Shown piece by piece: positions 1 through 9,307 of a stretch of DNA of 53,261 nt. Positions within the stretch are counted from its first letter, which is position 1. Each line of letters starts with the position of its first letter. The stretch spans positions 1 through 53,261 of the IMG/VR virus record IMGVR_UViG_3300047457_000194. One strand, 5' to 3'. Source of the DNA: a virus (taxonomy: Duplodnaviria > Caudoviricetes). The position numbers and the translations under genes are program-made. The notes beneath the pieces were generated by a model. That model was not told where the DNA came from. It saw nothing but the letters and a program-made list of their open reading frames with translations, and searched no databases.

Positions 1-1
1 G

Positions 2-1516
2 CAGTACACGCAGAAGCAGATCGACACGATCATCGCGAACGCGAAGAAGCTGCCTTATCACGAGCAGGTGGAATTGTACCAGCTGCTGGAGCAGTACGAA
101 AAGCACCTCAAGATCCAGAAGTGCCAGAACAATTTTATGGACTTCGTGAAGGAGATGTGGCCTGCATTTATCGGCGGCAGGCATCACTCCATCATGGCCG
201 ATGCGTTTGAGCGGGTCGCCAACGGGACGTGCAAGCGCCTGATCATCAACATGGGTCCTCGGCACACGAAGAGCGAGTTTAGCTCCTACCTGCTACCGGC
301 GTGGTTCCTCGGGAAGAATCCGCACAAGAAGATCATTCAGACGGCCCACACAGCAGAGTTGGCTGTTGGATTCGGTAGAAAGGTCAGGAACTTGGTTGGT
401 AGCAGTCATTACCAATCAGTGTTCTCTGGAGTCTCCTTGTCGTCTGATTCAAAGGCAGCAGGACGGTGGAATACCAATAAGGGTGGTGACTACTTTGCTA
501 TCGGCGTGGGTGGCGCTGTTACTGGTAAGGGCGCAGATCTCCTCATCATCGACGATCCACACAGTGAGCAAGAAGCCGCTATAGCTGCTACAAATCCAGA
601 CATATACGATGGTGTCTATGAGTGGTACACGTCTGGTCCTCGCCAGCGTCTGCAACCGGGTGGTGCCATCGTTATTGTAATGACGCGCTGGTCCAAGAGA
701 GATCTGTGCGGTCAGATCCTGAAAGCCTCAGCGCAGAGGGACGGGACGGACGAGTGGGAAGTGATTGAGTTCCCAGCGATCATGCCCTCTGGGAATCCGC
801 TGTGGCCTGAGTTCTGGTCGCTGGAGGAATTGGAGAAGATCAAGGCGGAACTCCCCGTCTCCAAGTGGAACGCGCAGTATCAGCAGAACCCAACCTCAGA
901 AGAGGGCGCTCTCGTGAAGCGCGAGTGGTGGAAGATCTGGGATAGAGAGGACCCGCCGCAGTGCGAGTACATCATCCAGAGTTGGGACACGGCGCTGACC
1001 AAGGGAACCCGGTCGGACTACTCGGCTTGCACGACATGGGGCGTCTTCTACGACAAGGACTCTGACGGCAAGAAGCGAACGAACATCATTCTCCTCAATG
1101 CGTTTCAGGACAAGCTGGAGTTCCCTGAACTGAAGCAGAAAGCTCTTGAGGAGTACAAGTACTGGAAGCCAGACACCTGCATCATCGAAGCAAAGGCGGC
1201 AGGCGCTCCGCTCGTGTACGAGATGCGGAAGATGGGGATCCCAATACAGGATTACACTCCATCGAGAGGGAATGACAAGATAGTCAGAGTTAATGCTGTT
1301 AGCGATATATTTGCCTCAGGCTTTGTCTATGCTCCTCCATTGCGCTGGGCAGATGAAGTTATCGAGCAGTTCGCCTCGTTTCCAAACTCAGACCACGACG
1401 ATCTTGTTGACAGTTCTACCCAGGCTCTGTTGAGATTTAGACAGGGCGGTTTTATCTCAACGCAGTCTGATGAAGATGAAGCGCCAATTCAAAGAAAGAA
1501 AGCAGATTACTACTGA
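2..1516 (+). CDS. terL: Terminase large subunit (5' end runs to the window edge)
   Basis: ATPase motifs INMGPRHTKS and LLIIDDP, GAIVIVMTRW, nuclease motifs QSWDTA and HDDLVDS. The frame is open from position 2, upstream of the tracked GTG at 68. Confidence 0.95.
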   Translation, partial: QYTQKQIDTIIANAKKLPYHEQVELYQLLEQYEKHLKIQKCQNNFMDFVKEMWPAFIGGRHHSIMADAFERVANGTCKRLIINMGPRHTKSEFSSYLLPAWFLGKNPHKKIIQTAHTAELAVGFGRKVRNLVGSSHYQSVFSGVSLSSDSKAAGRWNTNKGGDYFAIGVGGAVTGKGADLLIIDDPHSEQEAAIAATNPDIYDGVYEWYTSGPRQRLQPGGAIVIVMTRWSKRDLCGQILKASAQRDGTDEWEVIEFPAIMPSGNPLWPEFWSLEELEKIKAELPVSKWNAQYQQNPTSEEGALVKREWWKIWDREDPPQCEYIIQSWDTALTKGTRSDYSACTTWGVFYDKDSDGKKRTNIILLNAFQDKLEFPELKQKALEEYKYWKPDTCIIEAKAAGAPLVYEMRKMGIPIQDYTPSRGNDKIVRVNAVSDIFASGFVYAPPLRWADEVIEQFASFPNSDHDDLVDSSTQALLRFRQGGFISTQSDEDEAPIQRKKADYY

Positions 1517-1518
1517 CA

Positions 1519-1806
1519 ATGTTCAACCCGAACCAACTGACTACTATGGCGCAGGTCGATGAGACCGTAGCCAAACTCAACGCTGCGAACATCGGTGGTG
1601 GTGTTGCCGCAATCTACATCCCCGAGTGGTCTGGTCCGTTCCCGGAACCCTCGGATGGTGAGGCGCGTCAGTATTGCCTGACCTACAACAATGGCTCCAC
1701 TGGTCACAACGTCGGCTTGATCCGGGTTACTATCGAGAATAACCCGAACACTTGGCAGCAGATGCTCCAGGCTGATGCTGTCGTTACCGCGCCGAAGGAA
1801 GACTAA
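1519..1806 (+). CDS. Hypothetical protein sharing a motif with an internal segment of 24630..27755
   Basis: 95-aa ORF tightly packed between terL and portal. Confidence 0.75.
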   Translation: MFNPNQLTTMAQVDETVAKLNAANIGGGVAAIYIPEWSGPFPEPSDGEARQYCLTYNNGSTGHNVGLIRVTIENNPNTWQQMLQADAVVTAPKED

Positions 1807-1811
1807 CCACC

Positions 1812-4373
1812 ATGATCGACAAGCCTCTTGATGAAATGGATTTCCGCCCTGAAGAAGGGGACGAAGCTGAGATTGAGATCGGCGTCCTGAATCCTGAGGC
1901 TGTGTCGATTGAGACTGAAGACGGTGGCATGATCATCGAATTCGGTCCAGAAGAAGAAGAGGGGGGTTCGCTTGGCGACCTCCCTCACGATGCAAACCTT
2001 GCAGAGCATATAGATGATGGGGACCTGTCCTTCATCGGATCCAAGGTTCTCGATGTCTTCCAAGAAGACCTCAACTCCCGCCAGGACTGGGAGCGTGCAT
2101 ATAAGGATGGCCTCGACTACCTCGGGGTGAAGACAGAGGATCGCAACAAGCCGTGGGCTGGCGCTTGTGGGCTTCACCACAACATGATCATGGAGGCCGC
2201 TGTCCGCTTCCAGTCGAATGCCATTATGGAGATCTTCCCGGCGTCTGGTCCGGTAAAGACGCAAATCGTTGGAGACGTAACCGACGAGAAGGAAGAGCAG
2301 GCGCTTCGCCTTCAGACGGACATGAACTACCTGCTGACGCAGGAGATGAAGGACTACCGCCCCGAGACTGAGCGAATGCTGTTTGGTCTGGCGCTGTGCG
2401 GCAGTGCGTTCAAGAAGATCTGCTTCGACCCGCTGACCGAGATGCCGGATGTGAAGTATGTTCCGGCGCAGGACTTCATTATGCCTTACGGCGCTACGTC
2501 TCTCAAGACAGCCGACAGGTACATCCATGTGATGCAGAAGTCCTTGAATGACGTTAAGAAGCTCCAGTACACTGGGTTCTACCGTGACGTTGACATCCAA
2601 GCCGACTACGACTCCAACTCTCAGCTTCAGGACAAGATTGACAAGGTTAGCTACGAGTACAAGCCGGGGGATGATGAATCCGTTACTCTGCTTGAAGCTC
2701 ATATCAATCTCGATATTCCTGGCCTGGAGCATACTGATGATGACGGTTCTCCTACTGGTATTGCACTTCCTTATGTGGTCACAGTAGACAAATCGTCGGG
2801 CAAGGTTCTTTCCATCTACAAGAACTGGGATGAGAGTGATCCAAAGAAGAACAAGCTCATCTGGTTCTCTTCGTACAACTATGTACCCGGCATGGGTGCC
2901 TACGGGTACGGCCTTATCCATCTGATTGGAGCGAACGCGAAGGCGGCTACCTCCATCCTGCGCCAGTTGATCGACAGCGGGACGTTGGCAAATCTTCCCG
3001 GCGGATTGAAAGCCAAGGGTCTGCGTATTGCCGGGGACGATTCCCCGATTCAACCAGGAGAGTGGCGCGATGTGGATGTCGCGAATGGGGATATCGCAAG
3101 GGCGCTGTATCCGCTGCCATACAAGGAGCCGTCTCAGACGCTGTTCCAGCTTCTTGGGAATGTGGTGGAGGACGGTCGTCGTCTCGCTTCAATTGCTGAT
3201 GCTGAGATTGGAGATGTCAATTCTCAAGCGCCTGTAGGGACAACCCTCGCCATTATGGAGCGTGCCATGAAGGTCATGTCGGCCATTCAGGCTCGACTGC
3301 ACGCTTCGCTCCAGGAGGAGTTCTCGATCCTCGTCCGCGTCATTCGTGACAGCGGCTCTGATCGGTACAAGATTGATTTCGGTGAGATGCAAGGGAGCAA
3401 GCGGTCTGACTTTGACGACCGTATTGATGTGATCCCTGTGTCGGATCCGAATGCGGCCACGATGTCGCAGCGGGTAATGCAGTATCAGGCTGCTATCCAG
3501 CTTGCTGCTCAAGCGCCGCAGTTCTACGACCTGCCTGAGTTGCATCGAAAGATGCTGGAAGTCCTTGGCGTCAAGGATGTGAAGAAGATCATCCCCGAAA
3601 AAATTGACGCTCCGCTGTTGGATCCGATCTCGGAGAATCTGAACCTGACGAATATGAAGCCTGCGAAGGCTTATCAGATTCAGGACCACGAGTCGCACAT
3701 CAAGGCCCACATGGCCTACGTCCAGAACCCCTCGGTTCAGCAGCAGCTAGGACAGAATCCTCAGGCAAACGCGATCTTTGCTTCGTTCATGGCGCACATT
3801 GCAGAGCATGTAGGCTTTGCATATCGCGCCCAGATCGAGCAAAAGCTGGGCATCCCGCTGCCTGCTCCTGGAGAGCCGATGCCTGGGGATATCGAATCGA
3901 ACCTCTCCAAGGCGATTGCCGATGCCTCGCAGATGTTGTTGCAGCAGGCGCAGTCTCAACAACAGCAACAGCAGTTCCAGCAGCAGGCGCAGGACCCGGT
4001 TGTGCAGCTTCAGCAGGCTGAGTTGCAGATCAAGCAGGCTGAATTGCAGCAGAAGGCGCAGGAATCGCAGCAAAAAGCCCAGCTGGAGATGGTCAAGAAC
4101 CAGACGAAGGTCCAGGTTGAGACCGCTCGAATCCAATCTCAGGCGCAAGCTACCCAGCAGGCGGCTATGCAGCGTCAACAGCAGGCTCAAAGCGAGATGT
4201 CGATGGAGAATCAGCGCCTCCAGATCGAGATTGAGCGCCTCCAGACGGAGAGAAGGGAGTCCGAAGCTCGGATTTCCGCTGAAATGCAGCGTCTTCAGAC
4301 CGAAAACGACATGGCGAAGGCGAAGATAGCGGAGATTCTGGCGAAGATGGACTCCATGGGGTCGAATGCTTAA
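1812..4373 (+). CDS. Portal protein with Q-rich coiled-coil C-terminus
   Basis: Follows terL; 853 aa; motifs SRQDWE, PWAGAC, FPASGPVK, GSAFKK, YGYGLIH; long Gln-rich tail as in P22-like portals. Confidence 0.9.
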   Translation: MIDKPLDEMDFRPEEGDEAEIEIGVLNPEAVSIETEDGGMIIEFGPEEEEGGSLGDLPHDANLAEHIDDGDLSFIGSKVLDVFQEDLNSRQDWERAYKDGLDYLGVKTEDRNKPWAGACGLHHNMIMEAAVRFQSNAIMEIFPASGPVKTQIVGDVTDEKEEQALRLQTDMNYLLTQEMKDYRPETERMLFGLALCGSAFKKICFDPLTEMPDVKYVPAQDFIMPYGATSLKTADRYIHVMQKSLNDVKKLQYTGFYRDVDIQADYDSNSQLQDKIDKVSYEYKPGDDESVTLLEAHINLDIPGLEHTDDDGSPTGIALPYVVTVDKSSGKVLSIYKNWDESDPKKNKLIWFSSYNYVPGMGAYGYGLIHLIGANAKAATSILRQLIDSGTLANLPGGLKAKGLRIAGDDSPIQPGEWRDVDVANGDIARALYPLPYKEPSQTLFQLLGNVVEDGRRLASIADAEIGDVNSQAPVGTTLAIMERAMKVMSAIQARLHASLQEEFSILVRVIRDSGSDRYKIDFGEMQGSKRSDFDDRIDVIPVSDPNAATMSQRVMQYQAAIQLAAQAPQFYDLPELHRKMLEVLGVKDVKKIIPEKIDAPLLDPISENLNLTNMKPAKAYQIQDHESHIKAHMAYVQNPSVQQQLGQNPQANAIFASFMAHIAEHVGFAYRAQIEQKLGIPLPAPGEPMPGDIESNLSKAIADASQMLLQQAQSQQQQQQFQQQAQDPVVQLQQAELQIKQAELQQKAQESQQKAQLEMVKNQTKVQVETARIQSQAQATQQAAMQRQQQAQSEMSMENQRLQIEIERLQTERRESEARISAEMQRLQTENDMAKAKIAEILAKMDSMGSNA

Positions 4374-4563
4374 CCTTCGGGACAAGTTTTTCAAGAGAAT
4401 CGACGATCTTTCGGAGACCAGTGCAGCCTATCTGGTCTCTGGCTCGTGTGCAGACCACACGGAATACAAGATGATGGTCGGAAAACTCGCCGGATTGCAG
4501 CAGGCGAGGCAAGAGTTCCAGGAAATCTGGGACAAGTTCGTTCACCAACAAGAAGAAGACTGA
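4366..4563 (+). CDS. Small hypothetical protein
   Basis: 65 aa, overlaps portal stop; typical position between portal and GroES. Confidence 0.7.
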   Translation: MLNLRDKFFKRIDDLSETSAAYLVSGSCADHTEYKMMVGKLAGLQQARQEFQEIWDKFVHQQEED

Positions 4564-4594
4564 CGCAGACGCTATTTACGCGCAAAGGATACGC

Positions 4595-4930
4595 ATGAAC
4601 GCACTTCCAACTCCGATTGGATACAAGATCCTTGTGAAAATGCACAAGGTCGTCGAAGAAAAGACGAAAAGTGGGCTGTATCTGCCCGATCAGACGAAGC
4701 AGGACGAGAATACGGCGTCCCTGATCGCCCAGGTACTTGAAATCGGGCCTGATGCCTACCGAGATCAGGTCAGATTCCCCAGTGGGCCGTGGTGTTCTAA
4801 GGGTGACTACATCATTCTCCGTAGTTACTCCGGTACTCGCATCAAGATCGAGGGCGAAGAGTATCGTCTCATCAATGACGACACGCCGGAAGCGGTTGTC
4901 CCCGATCCGCAGAAGATTGAGAGGGTCTAA
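4595..4930 (+). CDS. groES: GroES/Cpn10-like co-chaperonin
   Basis: PIGYKILVK, mobile loop EEKTKSGLYLP, VLEIGP, KGDYII, YSGTRIKIEGEEYRLINDD. Confidence 0.9.
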   Translation: MNALPTPIGYKILVKMHKVVEEKTKSGLYLPDQTKQDENTASLIAQVLEIGPDAYRDQVRFPSGPWCSKGDYIILRSYSGTRIKIEGEEYRLINDDTPEAVVPDPQKIERV

Positions 4931-5925
4931 TGCCGGAAGAATACATGGAATCGGAACTCATTCTCCCGCAGGCTGAGGAGAAAGAGGAAGAGAAGCCCCA
5001 GGGCGCGGAAGAAGACTTCGATATCGAGGTCGTCAACGACACCCCTGAAGAAGATCGCCGCCCCCCGCGCACGGAAGCCAGTGAACCGGAGCCGCAGAAC
5101 GAAGAGGACGAACTCAAGAACTACTCGGAGAACGTGCAGAAGCGCATCAAGCGACTGAAGTACGAGTTCCACGAGGAGCGCCGACAGAAAGAGCGGTCGG
5201 AGCGAGAGAAGTCTGAGGCGCTGAACTATGCTGCTGCACTTCATCAGCAGTTGGAGCAGTTCCGCCAGCAGAACGAAGCCAGTCAGCGTGCGTTGATCCA
5301 TACCTCTGTTAAGCAGAAGGCGTCCGACCTGGAAGCTGCCAAGCGCCAGTTGAAGGAAGCCTACGAGTCTGGCGACACGGAGAAGATGGCATCGGCGCAG
5401 GAAGCAATTGCGGTGCTTGCTAATGAAAAGCGAGTCCTGGAATCGTACACCCCGCCGACTGGGTCCAGTGTAAGCTATCTACAGCCACAGGAAACACAGC
5501 AGCCTCAGTACGCTCCTCAGCCTGCACCCCAACCTCAGGCACCTCAGGTATCTGCTAAGGCTGTGTTGTGGAAAGAACGCAACCCGTGGTTCGGTGAGGA
5601 CATGGCGCTTACTGGATATGCTATCGACATCCACAGCAAGTTGGTTAACGCTGGAGTTGATACAGAGTCAGATCAGTACTACCAAGCCATTGACAGCGCC
5701 GTGAATCAATTCAAGAACAGTATCTCTGGGACGCAGGAAAAGCCTGCTACCCCAGCACCTAAGCCCAAAAACGGTGTCGTCGTTAGCTCCTCTCGGACGC
5801 CTAGCGGCCAGACCCGCACCAAAGTACAGCTTACGGAATCGGCTCTCGCCGTCGCCAAGCGCCTGGGAATCACCCCCCAGCAGTACGCCAAAGAACTACT
5901 GAAGCAGCAAAAGGAGATGGAATAA
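4930..5925 (+). CDS. Putative capsid scaffolding protein
   Basis: Acidic N-terminus, coiled-coil middle, W..RNPWFG motif and C-terminal AKRLGITPQQYAK; upstream of capsid genes. Confidence 0.7.
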   Translation: MPEEYMESELILPQAEEKEEEKPQGAEEDFDIEVVNDTPEEDRRPPRTEASEPEPQNEEDELKNYSENVQKRIKRLKYEFHEERRQKERSEREKSEALNYAAALHQQLEQFRQQNEASQRALIHTSVKQKASDLEAAKRQLKEAYESGDTEKMASAQEAIAVLANEKRVLESYTPPTGSSVSYLQPQETQQPQYAPQPAPQPQAPQVSAKAVLWKERNPWFGEDMALTGYAIDIHSKLVNAGVDTESDQYYQAIDSAVNQFKNSISGTQEKPATPAPKPKNGVVVSSSRTPSGQTRTKVQLTESALAVAKRLGITPQQYAKELLKQQKEME

Positions 5926-6365
5926 TGAAGCCGAATCGTGAGATGGAAACTCGGGAAGCTGAATCCCGCGTAGAAAACTGGAAGCCCCCCTCGCTCCTGC
6001 CCGACCCCACCCCCAGTGCTGACTGGGTATTCCGGTGGGTTCGCAAATCAATCCGTGGTGAAGCTGACCCCTCCAACGTGTCCATGCGTCTTCGTGAAGG
6101 ATGGACTGTTGCGAGAGCGGAGGATCACCCGGAGATCATGGCTGAGATCATCATGAATGAATCGAAGTCTGGCATGATCGAGATCGGTGGCCTCATTCTC
6201 TGTAAAACCTCTCGTACGATGGCCGAGCAAAGGAATCGTTATTACGAAGACATCACTCGCCGTCAGTCCGATGCGGTCAACAATAATCTCATGAAGGAAA
6301 ATGATCCTCGTATGCCGCTGTTTCGCGACAGTAGCTCGAAGGTCACCTTCGGAACAGGAAATTAG
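5925..6365 (+). CDS. Conserved head-module protein
   Basis: TAATG coupling; RWVR..., REGW, IGGLILCK motifs. Confidence 0.7.
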   Translation: MKPNREMETREAESRVENWKPPSLLPDPTPSADWVFRWVRKSIRGEADPSNVSMRLREGWTVARAEDHPEIMAEIIMNESKSGMIEIGGLILCKTSRTMAEQRNRYYEDITRRQSDAVNNNLMKENDPRMPLFRDSSSKVTFGTGN

Positions 6366-6374
6366 AGGAAGAAC

Positions 6375-6974
6375 ATGGCTGCTACTGCTACTCCCTATGG
6401 CCTGATCCCGTACGAACTTGCTGGTGGCGCTCTCCGCGCTGCCGCTCGGAAGTTCCGCATTGGTGCTAACAACGCCAACGCGATCTACTTCGGATCTGCC
6501 GTATCTCTGAACTCTGGCGTGATCAGCGTCATCGCTGCTACGCCTACCACCACCCGCAATGGCAACACTCCTGTCGGCATCTTCGTCGGCTGTGAGTACG
6601 TTGATGCGACTGGCCGTCCGACTTGGTCGCAGTACCTCGTCGCGAATGCCACGACCTCGGCTGGCTACACGAACATCTACGTCTACGTTGTTGACGACCC
6701 CAGCGTTGTCTTCAAGGTCCAGGCGGATGAGGCTGTTGCCACGACCGCTCTCGGGCTGAACGCGCCGCTGGTGAACGTGACCTCTGGCTCGACCACGAGC
6801 GGCAACTCGACCTGCGCTCTTGATGGCTCTGCGGTTGCCTCGACCAACACGCTGGCTGTGAAGATCATCGGCTTCGTGGAGTCGGTCTACTCGACGCCGG
6901 GTGATGCCTACACCGACTGTCTCGTTGTCTGGAATCAGGGCGTCCACGCCTACCAGAACGCTACGGGCGCGTAA
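6375..6974 (+). CDS. Putative capsid decoration/cement protein
   Basis: RBS GAGGA; A/T/G/V-rich beta-type protein immediately upstream of the major capsid gene. Confidence 0.6.
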   Translation: MAATATPYGLIPYELAGGALRAAARKFRIGANNANAIYFGSAVSLNSGVISVIAATPTTTRNGNTPVGIFVGCEYVDATGRPTWSQYLVANATTSAGYTNIYVYVVDDPSVVFKVQADEAVATTALGLNAPLVNVTSGSTTSGNSTCALDGSAVASTNTLAVKIIGFVESVYSTPGDAYTDCLVVWNQGVHAYQNATGA

Positions 6975-7002
6975 GAACTGAACAAGGAAAGGAGAATCAA
7001 TC

Positions 7003-7914
7003 ATGGCGATTACTCGTTCACAGATGTTGAAAGAGCTTGTCCCTGGCCTGAACGCCTTGTTCGGTCTGGAGTACGCTCGGTATGGCGAAGAGCATAAGGA
7101 GATCTTCGAGATCTCTAGCTCGGAACGCGCCTTTGAAGAAGAAGTGAAGCTCTCGGGCTTCGGTACGGCTCCGGTCAAGTCGGAAGGTGGCGTCATTGCC
7201 TACGACAACGCGCAGGAAGCCTACACCTCGCGGTACACGCACGAGACGATTGCTCTCGGGTTTGCGGTTACCGAAGAGGCGATGGAAGACAACCTGTACG
7301 TCTCGGTTGCTCAGCGGTACACGAAGGCTCTGGCCCGTGCGTTTGCCAACACGAAGCAGGTGAAGGGCGCGAATGTTCTGAACAATGCGTTCAGCGCCAG
7401 CTACCTCGGTGGTGACGGCAAGCGTCTGTGCGCCACGGATCACCCGCTCATCACGGGTGGGTCGAACTCCAACCGTCCCACGACTGGTGCGGATCTCAAC
7501 GAGACCTCGCTGGAAGCTGCGATCATCCAGATCGCTGGGTGGACGGACGAGCGCGGCCTGCTGATCGCTGCGAAGCCCCGGAAGCTCATCGTTCCCCCGG
7601 CCCTGATGTTCGTTGCGGAGCGCCTGTTGAAGTCGGTTCTGCGGACCAACACCGCTGACAACGACATCAACGCGATCTACAACCTGTCGTCGGTGCCGGA
7701 AGGCTATACGGTCAACCACTATCTGACGGACACGAATGCGTGGTTCCTGAAGACGGATGTGCCGAACGGCCTGAAGATGTTCGAGCGCGTTACGCTGAAG
7801 ACCTCGGCGGAAGGCGACTTCGAGACGGGCAACATGCGGTACAAGGGTCGCGAACGCTACAGCATGGGCTGGTCGGATCCGCTTGGGATCTTCGGTAGCC
7901 CTGGCGCTTCCTAA
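7003..7914 (+). CDS. Major capsid protein (HK97-fold, Mu gpT-like family)
   Basis: RBS AAGGAG; MAITRSQMLKELVPGLNALFG, S.RAFEEEV, KLIVPPAL, HYLTDTNAWF, RERYSMGWSD; followed by a terminator. Confidence 0.9.
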   Translation: MAITRSQMLKELVPGLNALFGLEYARYGEEHKEIFEISSSERAFEEEVKLSGFGTAPVKSEGGVIAYDNAQEAYTSRYTHETIALGFAVTEEAMEDNLYVSVAQRYTKALARAFANTKQVKGANVLNNAFSASYLGGDGKRLCATDHPLITGGSNSNRPTTGADLNETSLEAAIIQIAGWTDERGLLIAAKPRKLIVPPALMFVAERLLKSVLRTNTADNDINAIYNLSSVPEGYTVNHYLTDTNAWFLKTDVPNGLKMFERVTLKTSAEGDFETGNMRYKGRERYSMGWSDPLGIFGSPGAS

Positions 7915-7933
7915 ACAGAAGCGGTGCAACTCT

Positions 7934-7961
7934 AAGGGGGGAGAGAAATCTCCCCCTTTCT
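7934..7961 (+). terminator. Rho-independent terminator after the capsid gene
   Basis: GGGGGAGA-GAAA-TCTCCCCC stem-loop followed by TTTCT. Confidence 0.75.
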
Positions 7962-8040
7962 CATAGCAAAAATCTCTTCAGACTGGCTATGCAGACGTTC
8001 AAGAGACTGATGAGATAATCTTCCTTGAAGGAGAAATAAG

Positions 8041-8544
8041 ATGGCTAACACTTCGTTTACTGGCCCCGTACGGAGCCAGAATGGTTTTCAGGGGTACAAC
8101 CCCGATGCTTCGGCGAATGCCTCGCTGACCCTCTCGGCCCAGGGTACGGGTGTTGTTCTCAATACGTCCAGCGTGACGTTCTTTGAGATGAACCCGACTA
8201 CGGTCTCCACTGCTGGTGCTGTTACCTACACTGCCGCTCAATTGAAGACCGGCCTCATTCTGCGTGATCCGAACGGTGCTGGCCGCGCCGATCTCTTCCC
8301 GACCGCCGCGAATCTCCTTGCTGCTGTTCCTGGCGCTGTCGTCGGTACTACGTTCCGCGTGACGATCCGCAATACGGCGGATGCTGCCGAGACGATCACG
8401 ATGACGACCAACACTGGCCTCACGCTCAGTGGCACGATGACGATTGCTCAGAACGCCCAGAAGGAGTTCTTGATCAACTTCACCAACGTCACCTCTGCGT
8501 CGGAAGCCGTGACGATCTACAGCATGGGTAGCACCACGTTCTAA
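8041..8544 (+). CDS. Putative virion structural protein
   Basis: RBS AAGGAG; MANTSFTGPVRS start; T/A/G-rich. Confidence 0.7.
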   Translation: MANTSFTGPVRSQNGFQGYNPDASANASLTLSAQGTGVVLNTSSVTFFEMNPTTVSTAGAVTYTAAQLKTGLILRDPNGAGRADLFPTAANLLAAVPGAVVGTTFRVTIRNTADAAETITMTTNTGLTLSGTMTIAQNAQKEFLINFTNVTSASEAVTIYSMGSTTF

Positions 8545-8557
8545 GAGGAGGGGCGCT

Positions 8558-8887
8558 ATGGGTAAGCCCGTTCGCATTACCGTGACTGGGGTTGCTGCAA
8601 GCGCCCCAGTTCCTTTGAGTACGTTGACTGATTCTCCGTTCAACGTAACGCTTGGTGTGTATGGTGGCGCTGGATGCACCTACACGATCCAATTCACTCT
8701 TGATGACGTTTATGCGTCTTCGTATGTCGCTGGATCCGGCACATGGATCGACCACCCGGATGGCACTGGTCAGACTGGGAATACGGTCATCATGCTTGTC
8801 TCTCCGGTAACGGCTGTGCGATTGAACCAGACAATCGGCGCTAATGCGAGTACGTTCTTCGTCTGCCAGTCTGGAAATATGGAGTAG
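8558..8887 (+). CDS. Putative structural protein
   Basis: RBS GAGGAGG; 109-aa beta-rich ORF. Confidence 0.65.
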   Translation: MGKPVRITVTGVAASAPVPLSTLTDSPFNVTLGVYGGAGCTYTIQFTLDDVYASSYVAGSGTWIDHPDGTGQTGNTVIMLVSPVTAVRLNQTIGANASTFFVCQSGNME

Positions 8888-8890
8888 CCC

Positions 8891-9286
8891 ATGGGGAACA
8901 TCACTATCCAAGGAGACTACACCGGGTCTGGTGGCGGTGGTGGAACTGGTGGGATCTCTGTAGACTATACGCTGATAGCCGGGGCGAATACTGTCACCCC
9001 GGATTCCGCCGATGGGTACTCGGAGATCACTCTGGACAGGGCGATGACGACAATCGCCGCGCCAACGTATCAAGGCAGTGGCACGCTCCAGACGGGTCAG
9101 ATATTCAGCCTGAAGCTAAAGCACACGCTGGATGGATCTGATGTCACATGGAACGCGGCCTACACTGGCGCTTCTTCTTTCCCTCCGTCTGGCGTCAACG
9201 GTCAGTACAATGTCTACACGTTTATCTGTAGATCATCTTCTGTCGTGGAGCTGATGGCTGTCCCCTTGATCGGGGTCACGAACTAA
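8891..9286 (+). CDS. Fibre-module hypothetical protein
   Basis: Gly-run linker then beta-rich domain (VTWNAAY, YNVYTFIC). Confidence 0.6.
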   Translation: MGNITIQGDYTGSGGGGGTGGISVDYTLIAGANTVTPDSADGYSEITLDRAMTTIAAPTYQGSGTLQTGQIFSLKLKHTLDGSDVTWNAAYTGASSFPPSGVNGQYNVYTFICRSSSVVELMAVPLIGVTN

Positions 9287-9307
9287 ACCTACCAGGAAGG
9301 TATTTTC

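Noticed and set aside
1803-3053. 416-aa minus-strand ORF
   Set aside because: Antisense shadow of the portal gene; no motifs or RBS
3930-4200. CAG-rich stretch as a DNA repeat element
   Set aside because: Explained by the Gln-rich coiled-coil tail of the portal
6048-7929. 382-aa and 303-aa minus-strand ORFs
   Set aside because: Shadows of strongly codon-biased head genes
8007-8036. Hammerhead ribozyme (CTGATGA...GAAA)
   Set aside because: Stem II does not close between the core motifs, and stems I/III could not be built
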